Source: Chloroflexota bacterium (lineage in GTDB: Bacteria > Chloroflexota > Dehalococcoidia > Lucifugimonadales > UBA3495). Taken from it: 64,000 bases of DNA. The DNA lies in NCBI GenBank assembly GCA_028875055.1, contig JAPPGG010000023.1, positions 1,746 through 65,745 on the forward strand, given 5' to 3'. The notes under the pieces are model-generated. The model saw nothing but the letters and a program-made list of their open reading frames with translations, ran no database searches and was not told the origin of the DNA. The translations under genes were made by a program, and so were the position numbers. Shown one piece after another: positions 20,345-29,010 of this stretch (positions are counted from its first letter, which is position 1; every line of letters begins with the position of its first letter).

Positions 20345-20436
20345 TGGCGGAGGGAGTGGGATTCGAACCCACGATCCCAGTTTCCCAGGATAAGCGCTTA
20401 GCAGGCGCCCGCACTAGACCACTATGCGATCCCTCC
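20345..20436 (-). tRNA. tRNA-Ser(GCT)
   Basis: GGAGGGA acceptor stem, anticodon arm GGCGC-CTGCTAA-GCGCT, long variable arm, GGTTCGAATCC T-loop, encoded CCA; 92 nt. Confidence 0.97.
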
Positions 20437-20504
20437 ACAAAGCGGATTTCCAATATAGCAGATTGGGCCCCAGCCCACAATACGGCCCCAAATCAAGGCA
20501 GCTT

Positions 20505-20555
20505 TGCGATTCAGGTGGCTTTTAGCAGGCAGGGGCGGGATTCAAACCCGCCCTG
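20505..20555. repeat. Partial MITE/REP family D copy
   Basis: gcgattcaggtgg...aggggcgggattcaaacccgccc. Confidence 0.65.
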
Positions 20556-20728
20556 GCTTCTCTTAGGCCGTTCTGCCCGTGTGGTGCCACCTAAAATGGA
20601 ACCCATTCCCAAATCAGCTCTGAACAGTTACCGGCATTGTGGGTTTTTGACTTTCTCAACCATTGCTGATACTTTAGTGACTGCCCTCTTCCAGATACAA
20701 AACTGGGCCCCGGAGAAAGAAAACATCC

Positions 20729-21235
20729 ATGCCGTGGAACGACATCATCGTTGACTCACTGAAGAAGTGGGATACCTCCCTGGTCGCCTATGTCCCCGAT
20801 ATTTCCATAGATCGGGTGACCAGCCTCATAGACGAGGACCCCTACTTCCACCTGGTATCCGCCACCCGTGAGGAGGAAGCCATTGGAGTGGCGGTGGGCG
20901 GGTACGCCACGGGGCGCAACTCCGCGGTGTTCATGCAGTCCAGCGGCTTTGGCAACAGCATCAACGCCATCGCCAGCCTGTGCATACCGGCCCGCACACC
21001 CATTCCCATTTTTCTGAACCTGCGCGGCGGCCCCGGAGAGTTCAACATCGCCCAGGTCCCCATGGGCAGGGCCACCCGGCCTATTCTCGACGTCTTTGGC
21101 CTCGTCCACTTTACCCTGGAGGACGAATACAACATGGAGAAGATTGTGGATGGGGCCCTGAAGCTGTGTCACGCCAACCGCCAGCCCGTGGCCATCTGCA
21201 TGACCCAATTGCTGCACGGAGGCAAACTTGCTTAG
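20729..21235 (+). CDS. comD: ThDP-dependent decarboxylase alpha subunit (sulfopyruvate decarboxylase ComD-like)
   Basis: VP..., ATREEEAIG, FMQSSGFGNSINAIASL, LRG motifs. Confidence 0.8.
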   Translation: MPWNDIIVDSLKKWDTSLVAYVPDISIDRVTSLIDEDPYFHLVSATREEEAIGVAVGGYATGRNSAVFMQSSGFGNSINAIASLCIPARTPIPIFLNLRGGPGEFNIAQVPMGRATRPILDVFGLVHFTLEDEYNMEKIVDGALKLCHANRQPVAICMTQLLHGGKLA

Positions 21236-21791
21236 GTTCGAAGCCACCCAAATGCTGCTGCGCCACATCGGCGACCTTCCCATTGTAAGCAACCTGGGGC
21301 CCACCACTGACGAGCTGTGGCACGCCGGCCACCGGGACCGCAACTTCTACACCTACGGAAATATGGGCCTCTGCTCCTCCATCGCCCTGGGTATGGCCGT
21401 TTCCACCGACGAGAAGGTGGTTTCGCTGGACGGCGACGGTTCCCTGCTGATGAACCTGGGCTCCATTGCCACCATTGGTCGCGAAATGCCCAGGAACCTG
21501 GTGGTTGTGGTGTGGGACAACGAGCAGTGGGCCCAGACGGGCCACCAGTCCAGCCACACCGCCTTCGGCACCGACCTGGAGCAGGTGGCGCGGAGCTGCA
21601 GCATTCCCCGCACCGCCACCGTCAATAACCTGGAGGACCTGGAGGCGGTGTTCTGCGACGCCCTGGAGCAGGACGGCCCCTGGTTTATTGTGGCCAAGAT
21701 TGAGGAGTCCGAATACATGCCCGTGGCACCCATCGAACCGGAGATGACCCTCTACCGGTTCCGGGAAAGCTTCGGCGCCAGCGGCGTGTAG
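21228..21791 (+). CDS. comE: ThDP-dependent decarboxylase beta subunit (ComE-like)
   Basis: DRNFY..G.MGL.SSIALG, GDGSLLMNLG...DN ThDP motif; overlaps comD by 8 nt. Confidence 0.8.
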   Translation: MLRFEATQMLLRHIGDLPIVSNLGPTTDELWHAGHRDRNFYTYGNMGLCSSIALGMAVSTDEKVVSLDGDGSLLMNLGSIATIGREMPRNLVVVVWDNEQWAQTGHQSSHTAFGTDLEQVARSCSIPRTATVNNLEDLEAVFCDALEQDGPWFIVAKIEESEYMPVAPIEPEMTLYRFRESFGASGV

Positions 21792-21910
21792 GGTTTTCCG
21801 GAATCCAGGCAGGGCGCGAAGAGAGAAGGGCGCGAAGAGAAACGAAGGGTTGCCGCAGTCCTTCACCCTAACCCGCCGTCGCCAACAGCCCGTGTGCCAG
21901 GGGGCCGACA

Positions 21911-22183
21911 GTGCACCAGCATACCCCCATTGAGATCATTGACGCGGTGCAGGTGTTCATCGCCGAATACCTGGAGCGGCCCCCGTCGGAGTTGATTTAC
22001 GAGTACGACCCCGGCGTCCGGTGCGACGACGCCTTCCCCGACGTTAACGATATGGACCAGGACGTCTGGAGAATCCACGTCCGGAACGCCTTCCCCGAGG
22101 ACGACGGCTTCCGCATCAACATTGCCGAACGCCTCTATGAAAAGTACGGCATCATCGCCGAGGTGGAGCTGGCCTGGCGGTGA
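21911..22183 (+). CDS. Hypothetical acidic 90-aa protein
   Basis: GGGG RBS-like sequence, host-like codon usage; no family recognised. Confidence 0.6.
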   Translation: MHQHTPIEIIDAVQVFIAEYLERPPSELIYEYDPGVRCDDAFPDVNDMDQDVWRIHVRNAFPEDDGFRINIAERLYEKYGIIAEVELAWR

Positions 22184-22206
22184 CGGGGGCGTGATAGAAT
22201 GGTTCC

Positions 22207-22614
22207 ATGATGAAAGAGCCGACGAAGAAGCATGTCGAAAAAGGAAAAGACGTGGGAGTTTTCGAAGTCCCGCTGGGCGTGGGTGGCCCTGCATCTGGAG
22301 AATTGACCTATGTTTCCGCCACTGTTGATACTGGCGCCGTCCACTCAATGATCCCGGCTTCCATGCTGCGGGTCCTGCACGTCACACCATTGGAGCGATT
22401 CAGCTATGCTTTGGCCGACGGCAGCCTGGTTGAGTATGACTTTGGGATGGCGCGTTTGGGCATTGAAGGGCATCCGGAGCGGTATTGTCCCGTGATTTTC
22501 GGGCCAGAAGACCAGCACCTCGTGGGAGCTACTACCCTTGAATTCTTCAACCTGATGGTGGACCCCGTGGACGGCAAACTGGTCCGCCGGGTGCCCCGTG
22601 CCAGGCCATTCTAA
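22207..22614 (+). CDS. Clan AA (retropepsin-like) aspartyl protease
   Basis: VDTGA catalytic motif; LVGATTLE..NL.VDP C-terminal motif. Confidence 0.85.
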   Translation: MMKEPTKKHVEKGKDVGVFEVPLGVGGPASGELTYVSATVDTGAVHSMIPASMLRVLHVTPLERFSYALADGSLVEYDFGMARLGIEGHPERYCPVIFGPEDQHLVGATTLEFFNLMVDPVDGKLVRRVPRARPF

Positions 22615-22637
22615 CCAGGCGCCGCCACCTCAAATGA

Positions 22638-22668
22638 CAGGGCCCGGCCTTCCAAAGGCCGGGCCCTG
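22638..22668. terminator. Hairpin between convergent genes (bidirectional terminator candidate)
   Basis: CAGGGCCCGGCCT-TCCAA-AGGCCGGGCCCTG perfect 13-bp stem. Confidence 0.6.
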
Positions 22669-22708
22669 CTGTTCACCCGTGAAATAAAGCCGCGCGCCGC
22701 GGCCTCCT

Positions 22709-23488
22709 CTAGCTCTTGAGGTGCTGGTCGAAGAAGCCCAGGGTCCGGGACCAGGCGTCTTCCGCTGCCTCCGCGTGGTAGCTGTCGCGCTCGTCGCAGT
22801 TGAACCCGTGACCGGCGCCTTCGTACATCTTGAAGTCATAACTGACGCCGGCGGCATCAAGCCTCGCCTCAATCGTCTCTACGTCAGCCGGCGAGGGGTT
22901 GCCGTCCTGGTCGCCAAACTGGCCCATCAGGGGAATCTTGATGTTCTCGCTCAGGTCGATGGGCGCCGGGTTGTCATCGCCGAAGGGCACCAGGACACGG
23001 CCGGGGTAATAGGCTACGGCCGCTTCAAGGCCCGGGCAGCTGGTGGCCGCCAGGTAGGTGATCCGCCCGCCCACGCAGTAGCCCACTATGCCCACCTTCT
23101 GGCCGGTGGTGCGCTGGTATTCGTTGCGGATGTAATTCAGGGTAACGTTGATGTCCGTTACGATCTCTTCATCCCGCATCACGGACATATAGTTGATTCC
23201 GGCCTGCATATCGTCGGCCGTGTAGCCAAGCTTGGGGTTCGGGTGTTCGCGGTGGAACAGGGACGGGGCGATGGCGACATAGCCGTTGGCGGCAAACCGG
23301 TCGCACACCTTCTGTATGTGCTCGTTTACTCCAAAAATCTCCTGTATGACTATGACGGCCGGCCAGCTGACGCCTTCGCTGGGGGGCGGATGGCTGATGT
23401 AGGCAACCATGTCCAGGCCCTGATAGCCGTGCATATCGTCGAACCCTCGGTCACCGGCGAACCTTAAATTCTCCCAAAACGATGGCAT
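22709..23488 (-). CDS. Dienelactone hydrolase family protein
   Basis: QEIFGVN, GYCVGG (Cys nucleophile), GAGHGF. Confidence 0.93.
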   Translation of the reverse strand: MPSFWENLRFAGDRGFDDMHGYQGLDMVAYISHPPPSEGVSWPAVIVIQEIFGVNEHIQKVCDRFAANGYVAIAPSLFHREHPNPKLGYTADDMQAGINYMSVMRDEEIVTDINVTLNYIRNEYQRTTGQKVGIVGYCVGGRITYLAATSCPGLEAAVAYYPGRVLVPFGDDNPAPIDLSENIKIPLMGQFGDQDGNPSPADVETIEARLDAAGVSYDFKMYEGAGHGFNCDERDSYHAEAAEDAWSRTLGFFDQHLKS

Positions 23489-23619
23489 AATGCTTCCTCC
23501 TCCTGTCACATTTCAAGCCATACTCAACTGCGACATGCAATCCGGTGGCTCCGGACTACGGGCCGATTGTAGCAAAGGAACTGGGGTTATACAAGCGGTA
23601 TTCAGCGACCGGCAGCGTT

Positions 23620-23718
23620 GCGTTTCAGGTGGTTTGTGGCAGGCAGGGGCGAGCCTCAAACCCGCTCCTGCCACATTTCGACCGCCCTGCCTGTGCGATA
23701 CCACCTGAAGTGGAACGC
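23620..23718. repeat. MITE/REP family D copy
   Basis: gcgtttcaggtgg ... ccacctgaagtggaacgc inverted ends around a GGGGCGAG-CCTCAAAC-CCGCTCC hairpin. Confidence 0.75.
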
Positions 23719-23792
23719 TTCCGCAGCGCCCCTCTGTCCGGCGGGCATTGAGCGGGAGCCAGGCCCCGTCAAGCCCCTGCCGCTGACGCAAG

Positions 23793-23961
23793 GGTTCAGA
23801 ATTGGTGGGATTTCCCAGCCAGCCAGCCCCGTCATACCGGCGAAAGCCGGTATCCAGGAGTTTTTGCTGCCCTTGACCCGTATGCGCCGTCAGCCTTGCC
23901 GGATTCCGGCCTGCGCCGGAATAACTCCCTCCAGGCCACCGCGCCTCAACAGTTCTGAACC
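23793..23961. mobile_element. MITE family B, complete copy (169 bp)
   Basis: TIRs GGTTCAGAATTG / CAGTTCTGAACC (1 mismatch) enclosing an inverted REP pair GTCATACCGGCGAAAGCCGGTATCC ... GGATTCCGGCCTGCGCCGGAATAAC. Confidence 0.8.
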
Positions 23962-23985
23962 GTTTCTTTCAGGGCAGCCGGTCCG

Positions 23986-24858
23986 CTAAAGGGACTGCCA
24001 GACCCGCTTGCCGCCCTCGGTGACAACCTTGCCGATCTGCTTGCCCGGGGGAAAGTGGCCGGCGCAGACGATCCAGTCCTCGCTTTCGGCCTTGTTCAAC
24101 AGCATTTCGCGGTTGGCGTGGCTGGCCGCCTTGTCGTAGTCCACCGACGCGCACCAGCTGGGCTCAGTCACCTGCGCGATGCAGTGGAGCAGGTCTCCCA
24201 CCAGCATGGCCTTTTGGCCCTCCGAGTTGACCAATACTACCTGGTGGCCCGGGGTATGGCCCACAGCCGGCATGGTGGAAATCCCGTCGGTTACCTCGTA
24301 TTCCCCTTCTACAATCTGCTGCAGGCGCAGGCGGCGCAGGGGCATAATCTGCTGCTGCACGTGGGGGTTCTGTTCCAGGATTTCCGGCTGGGTATAGTAG
24401 TCGTAGTCGTCCTTGGGGATGATGTAGCGGGCGCGCCGGAAGTTGGGCGCCGGCATGCCGCCGGAGTATCGGAGGTTCCAGCCCACGTGGTCGGCGTGCA
24501 GATGGGTGTGGACCACATAGTTCACCTGGTCCGACGGGGAAACGTTCGTGTTGTGGATGTCCACGTTGGGGGGCAGCATTACCGGCCTCAGTTCCTCGTA
24601 GAGGTTGCCTACCGCGTTCCCCCGGCTGGGATGTGGGCCCGGCCCCATGCCCGTATCCACCAGCACCGTATGGTTGTCGGACCGGACGACGAACACGCCG
24701 TAATAGAGCTGCAGCTGACCGTCTTCCAGCACGTCCTGGTGATCGTTCCATGCGCTGTCCGGCACGTCGGGGAACATCGCGGAGGTCGGCCTCGGGGGCG
24801 GGACCATGTCGATAACGGCGGTGATCTCGTAACTGCCTACAGTGACCTTTTCTGCCAT
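23986..24858 (-). CDS. MBL-fold metallo-hydrolase
   Basis: HTHLHADHVG, GHTPGH, GDLLH. Confidence 0.93.
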   Translation of the reverse strand: MAEKVTVGSYEITAVIDMVPPPRPTSAMFPDVPDSAWNDHQDVLEDGQLQLYYGVFVVRSDNHTVLVDTGMGPGPHPSRGNAVGNLYEELRPVMLPPNVDIHNTNVSPSDQVNYVVHTHLHADHVGWNLRYSGGMPAPNFRRARYIIPKDDYDYYTQPEILEQNPHVQQQIMPLRRLRLQQIVEGEYEVTDGISTMPAVGHTPGHQVVLVNSEGQKAMLVGDLLHCIAQVTEPSWCASVDYDKAASHANREMLLNKAESEDWIVCAGHFPPGKQIGKVVTEGGKRVWQSL

Positions 24859-24963
24859 AGAGTTCTTCCTCCTGAACCTGGTTGGTTTAAGTCTTCAAAA
24901 TTGGGGGCAGCGTTACCGTGGCGGCCCCGCCGGGCATTGCGTGCGGCGGGGCCAGCCTTTTTT

Positions 24964-25476
24964 CTAATACTGGATCAGCGAGAAGACCTCGTAGGCGCCC
25001 AGCACGTTCCGGCCGCCCAGGTCTTCCAGTTCGATTATCAGGCCCATGCCGGATACTTCGCCGCCGGACTCTTCCACCAGGTTGGCCGCGGCCGCCAGGG
25101 TGCCTCCCGTGGCCAGCAAATCGTCTATTACCACTACCCGGTCACCCGGGCCCACGTCCCCCTTGTGCATTTCCACGGTATTGGACCCGTATTCCAGGAA
25201 ATACTCCGATGAGATGGTATCTCCCGGCAGCTTCCCTTCCTTGCGCACCGGTACCAGCGGCTTGTTCAGGCGGCAGGCCAGGGGCGCGCCGAAGATGAAG
25301 CCCCGCGACTCGATGGCGACTATAGCGTCCAGGGGCCAGTCTCGGTACTTTTCGGCCAGCCGGTCTATGGTGTGGTTGAAGGCGGCGGGGTTGCGCAGCA
25401 GGGGAGTAATGTCGCGAAACAGAATGCCCGGCTGGGGGAAGTCGGGTATGTCGCGGATGTAGTCCTTGAGGTTCAT
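24964..25476 (-). CDS. apt: Adenine phosphoribosyltransferase
   Basis: IRDIPDFPQPGILFRDITPLL, ESRGF, RKEGKLP, LEYG, VIDDLLATGGT. Confidence 0.97.
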   Translation of the reverse strand: MNLKDYIRDIPDFPQPGILFRDITPLLRNPAAFNHTIDRLAEKYRDWPLDAIVAIESRGFIFGAPLACRLNKPLVPVRKEGKLPGDTISSEYFLEYGSNTVEMHKGDVGPGDRVVVIDDLLATGGTLAAAANLVEESGGEVSGMGLIIELEDLGGRNVLGAYEVFSLIQY

Positions 25477-25609
25477 AAAGTGGCGACCCTGCAATCTGAA
25501 CAGGTAAGAGATTGGCGGCTCAGCCGGGATGCCGAAATCATCCAGTTCAAGCCGAATGCAGTGTAGAATATGCCGCCACTAGCGTCAAGCTCTGCCAGTT
25601 GAGCGTAGG

Positions 25610-25752
25610 GGTTCAGAATTGGTGGGATTCCCTTGCCAGCCAGCCCCGTCATACCGGCGAAAGCCTGTATCCAGGAGTCCCGGCCTGCGCTTGACCTGTA
25701 TGCGTCGTTAGCCTTGCCGGATTTTTGCCGCCGATAGTCCGGTTCTATAACG
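25610..25752. repeat. MITE family B, degenerate copy
   Basis: About 110 nt closely matching 23793 onward; right end decayed. Confidence 0.75.
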
Positions 25753-25843
25753 CCTTTGCCCTGCGGGAGGCTCCGCCCCATCCTGCCCGTCCGGGCCATC
25801 CGTGTTAATATTGCCCCAGTCCAAACCTTGTAGAGGTGCCGCC

Positions 25844-26458
25844 TTGCAGATCGACCCCAACACCTTTGAGCACAACTTCTACCGCGTCCTTACCGGCGTG
25901 GTGGTGCCCCGGCCCATCGCCTTTGTTTCCACCATATCCACCGACGGCATCGTAAACCTCGCCCCCTATTCCTTTTTCAATGCCGTGGCCTCCGAACCGC
26001 CCACCATCGTCTTTTCCTCCTCCCGCCGGGCCGGTTCCAAGGCCAAGGACACCCTGACCAACGTGGAGGAGACGGGCGAGTTCGTGGTGAACGTGGTGGT
26101 TGACGACATCGCCGAAGCCATGAACCGGACCGCCGCCGAGTTCCCCGTGGAGGTCAACGAATTTGAGGTGGCGGGCCTTACCGAGGCCCCGTCGGTAAAG
26201 GTCAAGGCTCCCCGGGTCGCCGAGTCGCCCGTCAACATGGAGTGCCGGTTGAAGCAGGTGGTGGACCTGGGGGTGAACCCCGAAAGCGGGCACGGCCTGG
26301 TCATCGGCGAGGTTATCTACATGCACATCCGCGACGACCTGATCAACGGCCACCGCATCAACCACCAGTTGCTCAAGCCCACCGGCCGCCTGGCTGGCAG
26401 CATGTACTGCCACACCGCCGACGTCTTCGAAATGGAGCGCCCCGTTTATAGCGAGTAG
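25844..26458 (+). CDS. Flavin reductase family protein (DIM6/NTAB-like)
   Basis: VVPRPIAFVST, NLAPYSFFN, KDT..N..ETGEFVVN, APRVAESPV.MEC; TTG start with GAGGTG RBS. Confidence 0.92.
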   Translation: MQIDPNTFEHNFYRVLTGVVVPRPIAFVSTISTDGIVNLAPYSFFNAVASEPPTIVFSSSRRAGSKAKDTLTNVEETGEFVVNVVVDDIAEAMNRTAAEFPVEVNEFEVAGLTEAPSVKVKAPRVAESPVNMECRLKQVVDLGVNPESGHGLVIGEVIYMHIRDDLINGHRINHQLLKPTGRLAGSMYCHTADVFEMERPVYSE

Positions 26459-26500
26459 AAGAGCCGCAGCGCCGGAACAGGCCGGGGATCGGGGAGCAGG

Positions 26501-27277
26501 TCAGTAGAAAGCCCGATTGCCGGGTTCCGGCGGCTTATCCTGATCCGCACCGGAGCCCGGGGGGGCGTCCCCGCTTGCTTCCGGGGTACCAGGCGGTTCG
26601 CCTCCAACTTCGCCCTCCGCCTCGTTCGCCACTGGTTGTTCCGCTTCAGCATCTGGCGCTTCCAGCTCAACCTCTGCAGCCGGTTCAACCTCAGCCGTGG
26701 GCTGGGTTTCCCCCGCCGCTTCCTCTTCCCGAACCCGCGACTCTTCCTCAACGGCGGCCCCCGCGTCCGCCATTACCACTGGCTCCCCCTCAATCACCTC
26801 CGCCTCGCCGGGCTGCTCACGTCCGGTGACCTGGAAGGAGACGTTTTCGTCGGGGTGGGTATCGCGGTAGTTGTTCAGCGCGGCTTCCAGGGCGTCAAAA
26901 AAGGCGTCGGGCTCCCGCACCCGGATGGCCTGGCGCCGTCCCCGCACCGGCCGCACCCGCAACTGGTCCAGGGTCGCCATGGACCCCATTTCTATCACGG
27001 CTATGTTGCTGAAGTGGATGGTCTTCACCCGCGGCCTACCGTACGCGACGCAAAAGGCGTCTTCATACACCAGGTATTCCCGCGGCGTGAACAGCCACGT
27101 ATAAATGGCCACGGCAATACCCAGCAGGAAGATCAGGTTGGGATTGCCCCCCATATCCCAGAGGCCAAAAACGGCTCCGGCCCCCCAGGCTGCTATTCCC
27201 AGGGCCAGTACCAGGGTGAGGTTGAAGGGGACGCGGTCTTTGGCCGCGTAAAGGGGCTGGCGGTGCGTTTGCATCAT
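26501..27277 (-). CDS. Hypothetical membrane protein (2 TM + PH-like domain + acidic disordered tail)
   Basis: Two N-terminal hydrophobic helices, beta-rich middle, E/A/P-rich C-terminus. Confidence 0.7.
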   Translation of the reverse strand: MMQTHRQPLYAAKDRVPFNLTLVLALGIAAWGAGAVFGLWDMGGNPNLIFLLGIAVAIYTWLFTPREYLVYEDAFCVAYGRPRVKTIHFSNIAVIEMGSMATLDQLRVRPVRGRRQAIRVREPDAFFDALEAALNNYRDTHPDENVSFQVTGREQPGEAEVIEGEPVVMADAGAAVEEESRVREEEAAGETQPTAEVEPAAEVELEAPDAEAEQPVANEAEGEVGGEPPGTPEASGDAPPGSGADQDKPPEPGNRAFY

Positions 27278-27545
27278 AGGTGTTTTTCCTGAATTCGGTG
27301 GCGTGGTATTGGTGCCAACCCGCCGTTCCCGAGGCGAAATCCGAAGCGCCCACATTATATACCATCACCATCGTCCCAGCTACCAACCCCATCCCCGGTC
27401 CAGGGCGACTGTCAATTAAGGCGCGATAGCCCGGCATTCCCGGTAAAGCTTCAGTCGCTTGTCACCGCCACGGGCGCCGCGTCCGGCGCCCTGCTGATAG
27501 AATTACGCCCAAAGCCCCAACCCTTGCCAGGAGGACTCCCACCGG

Positions 27546-28733
27546 TTGGCTCGCCTGTCCCGCCTCATACTCTCCAACTTCCGTAATTTCGCCGCACTGG
27601 ATTTGGACGTCCCCTCCGGCGTGGTGGTCTTCTATGGCGCCAATGCCCAGGGCAAGACCACCCTGCTGGAGGCCGTGTACCTCCTGGCCATCGCCCGCTC
27701 CTTTCGCGCGGAAAACGAACGCGAGGTCGTCAGCTTTTCCGCCGCCGCCTCCGGCGATCAGGCCCTGGTGGGAGGCATCCTGGACAAGGCCGGCGAGCGG
27801 GTTCAGATTTACGCGGGATACTCCTGCACTGCTCCCTCCGCCGCCGTACCCGGTCCCGACGCCGTCGGGCCCGGCCTCAACTACTCCGTTCGCAAGGAAA
27901 TACGCGTAAACCGCATTCGGCGCACTGCAGCCGACCTCGTGGGCACCGTCGGCGCAGTCCTGTTCAACGCCGAGGATATCGACCTGGTCCAGGGGCCGCC
28001 CTCGGGTCGCCGCCGCTATCTCGACATCCTGATTTCCCAGGCCAATCCCCTCTACCTGAAGGCCCTCCAGCGCTACACCCGCATTGTGCGCCAGCGCAAC
28101 CGCCTGCTGCGTCTGCTCCGCGAGGGCCGCGCCGAAAACAGCGAGCTGCAGTTCTGGGACGACCGCCTGGTGACCGAGGGGGCCTGGCTTTCCTGGCAGC
28201 GGGCCAGCGCCCTCACGCTGCTGGGCGACCTGTGCTCCGACCACCACCAGACTCTCACCAGCCCTGGTGAACTCCTGTCCCTGGAACACCTCCCCAGCGT
28301 ACCCGTGGGAGACGGTGTCGAGGCTACGGCCGACCATTTCCGGGGGGCGCTGGCCGACCGCCGTTCCCGCGATCTGGCCGCCGGCAGCACTTCCCTGGGC
28401 CCCCACCGTGACGACTTCAAGCTGCTGGTTGACGGCGTGGACATGGGCACCTTTGCCTCCCGGGGACAGGCCAGGACCCTGGCCCTGGCTCTGCGCCTGG
28501 CCGAAGCCTCCTACCTGCTGCAGGTGCGCCAGGACGAGCCGGTGGTATTGCTGGACGATGTGCTGTCCGAAATGGACGAAGACCGCCGGACCCGCGTGCT
28601 TGAAAAGGTTGTTGGCTACGGCCAGTCCCTGATTACCACCACCGACCTCGACCTGGTTCGCGGCTACTTTGGCAACCAGGCCACCTACTTCCGCGTTGGC
28701 GACGGCGCCGTCACCCCCCTGCAAACCTCCTGA
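27546..28733 (+). CDS. recF: DNA replication/repair protein RecF
   Basis: NFRN, GANAQGKTTLLEA, GPPSGRRRYLD, GPHRDD, SRGQAR, LLDDVLSEMD. Confidence 0.97.
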   Translation: MARLSRLILSNFRNFAALDLDVPSGVVVFYGANAQGKTTLLEAVYLLAIARSFRAENEREVVSFSAAASGDQALVGGILDKAGERVQIYAGYSCTAPSAAVPGPDAVGPGLNYSVRKEIRVNRIRRTAADLVGTVGAVLFNAEDIDLVQGPPSGRRRYLDILISQANPLYLKALQRYTRIVRQRNRLLRLLREGRAENSELQFWDDRLVTEGAWLSWQRASALTLLGDLCSDHHQTLTSPGELLSLEHLPSVPVGDGVEATADHFRGALADRRSRDLAAGSTSLGPHRDDFKLLVDGVDMGTFASRGQARTLALALRLAEASYLLQVRQDEPVVLLDDVLSEMDEDRRTRVLEKVVGYGQSLITTTDLDLVRGYFGNQATYFRVGDGAVTPLQTS

Positions 28734-28815
28734 ACCCCCCTGCCCCCGCGCCAGAAACCCCACCCCCACTGACATCACCCCCGCCCAGCCCTACCATCAA
28801 ACGACAATACCAAAT

Positions 28816-28885
28816 CCCCCCTCTCCTCGTGGGAGAGGGGCCGGGGGTGAGGGCTGTCTCCCTTCTCCTCGTGTAAGAGGGCCCC
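28816..28885. repeat. REP-like hairpins (CCCTCTCC..GGGAGAGGG..GGGGTGAGGG type)
   Basis: ccccctctcctcgtgggagaggggccgggggtgaggg followed by a degenerate second unit; related hairpins at about 6660 and 44420. Confidence 0.55.
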
Positions 28886-29010
28886 AATGTCAGGCCTGAC
28901 CCCGGTCAGAAAGGGCTCCGGTGATATAATTTTCGCGGGCACAACGCAGAATCCATTTCCCAGGCTCCCCCCAAGGCATTCTGCGGGCGCGGGGAAGACA
29001 GAGGAGTAGA

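Noticed and set aside
21811-21840. Direct repeat AGGGCGCGAAGAGA x2 after comE
   Set aside because: A two-unit local duplication with no further copies; probably slippage.
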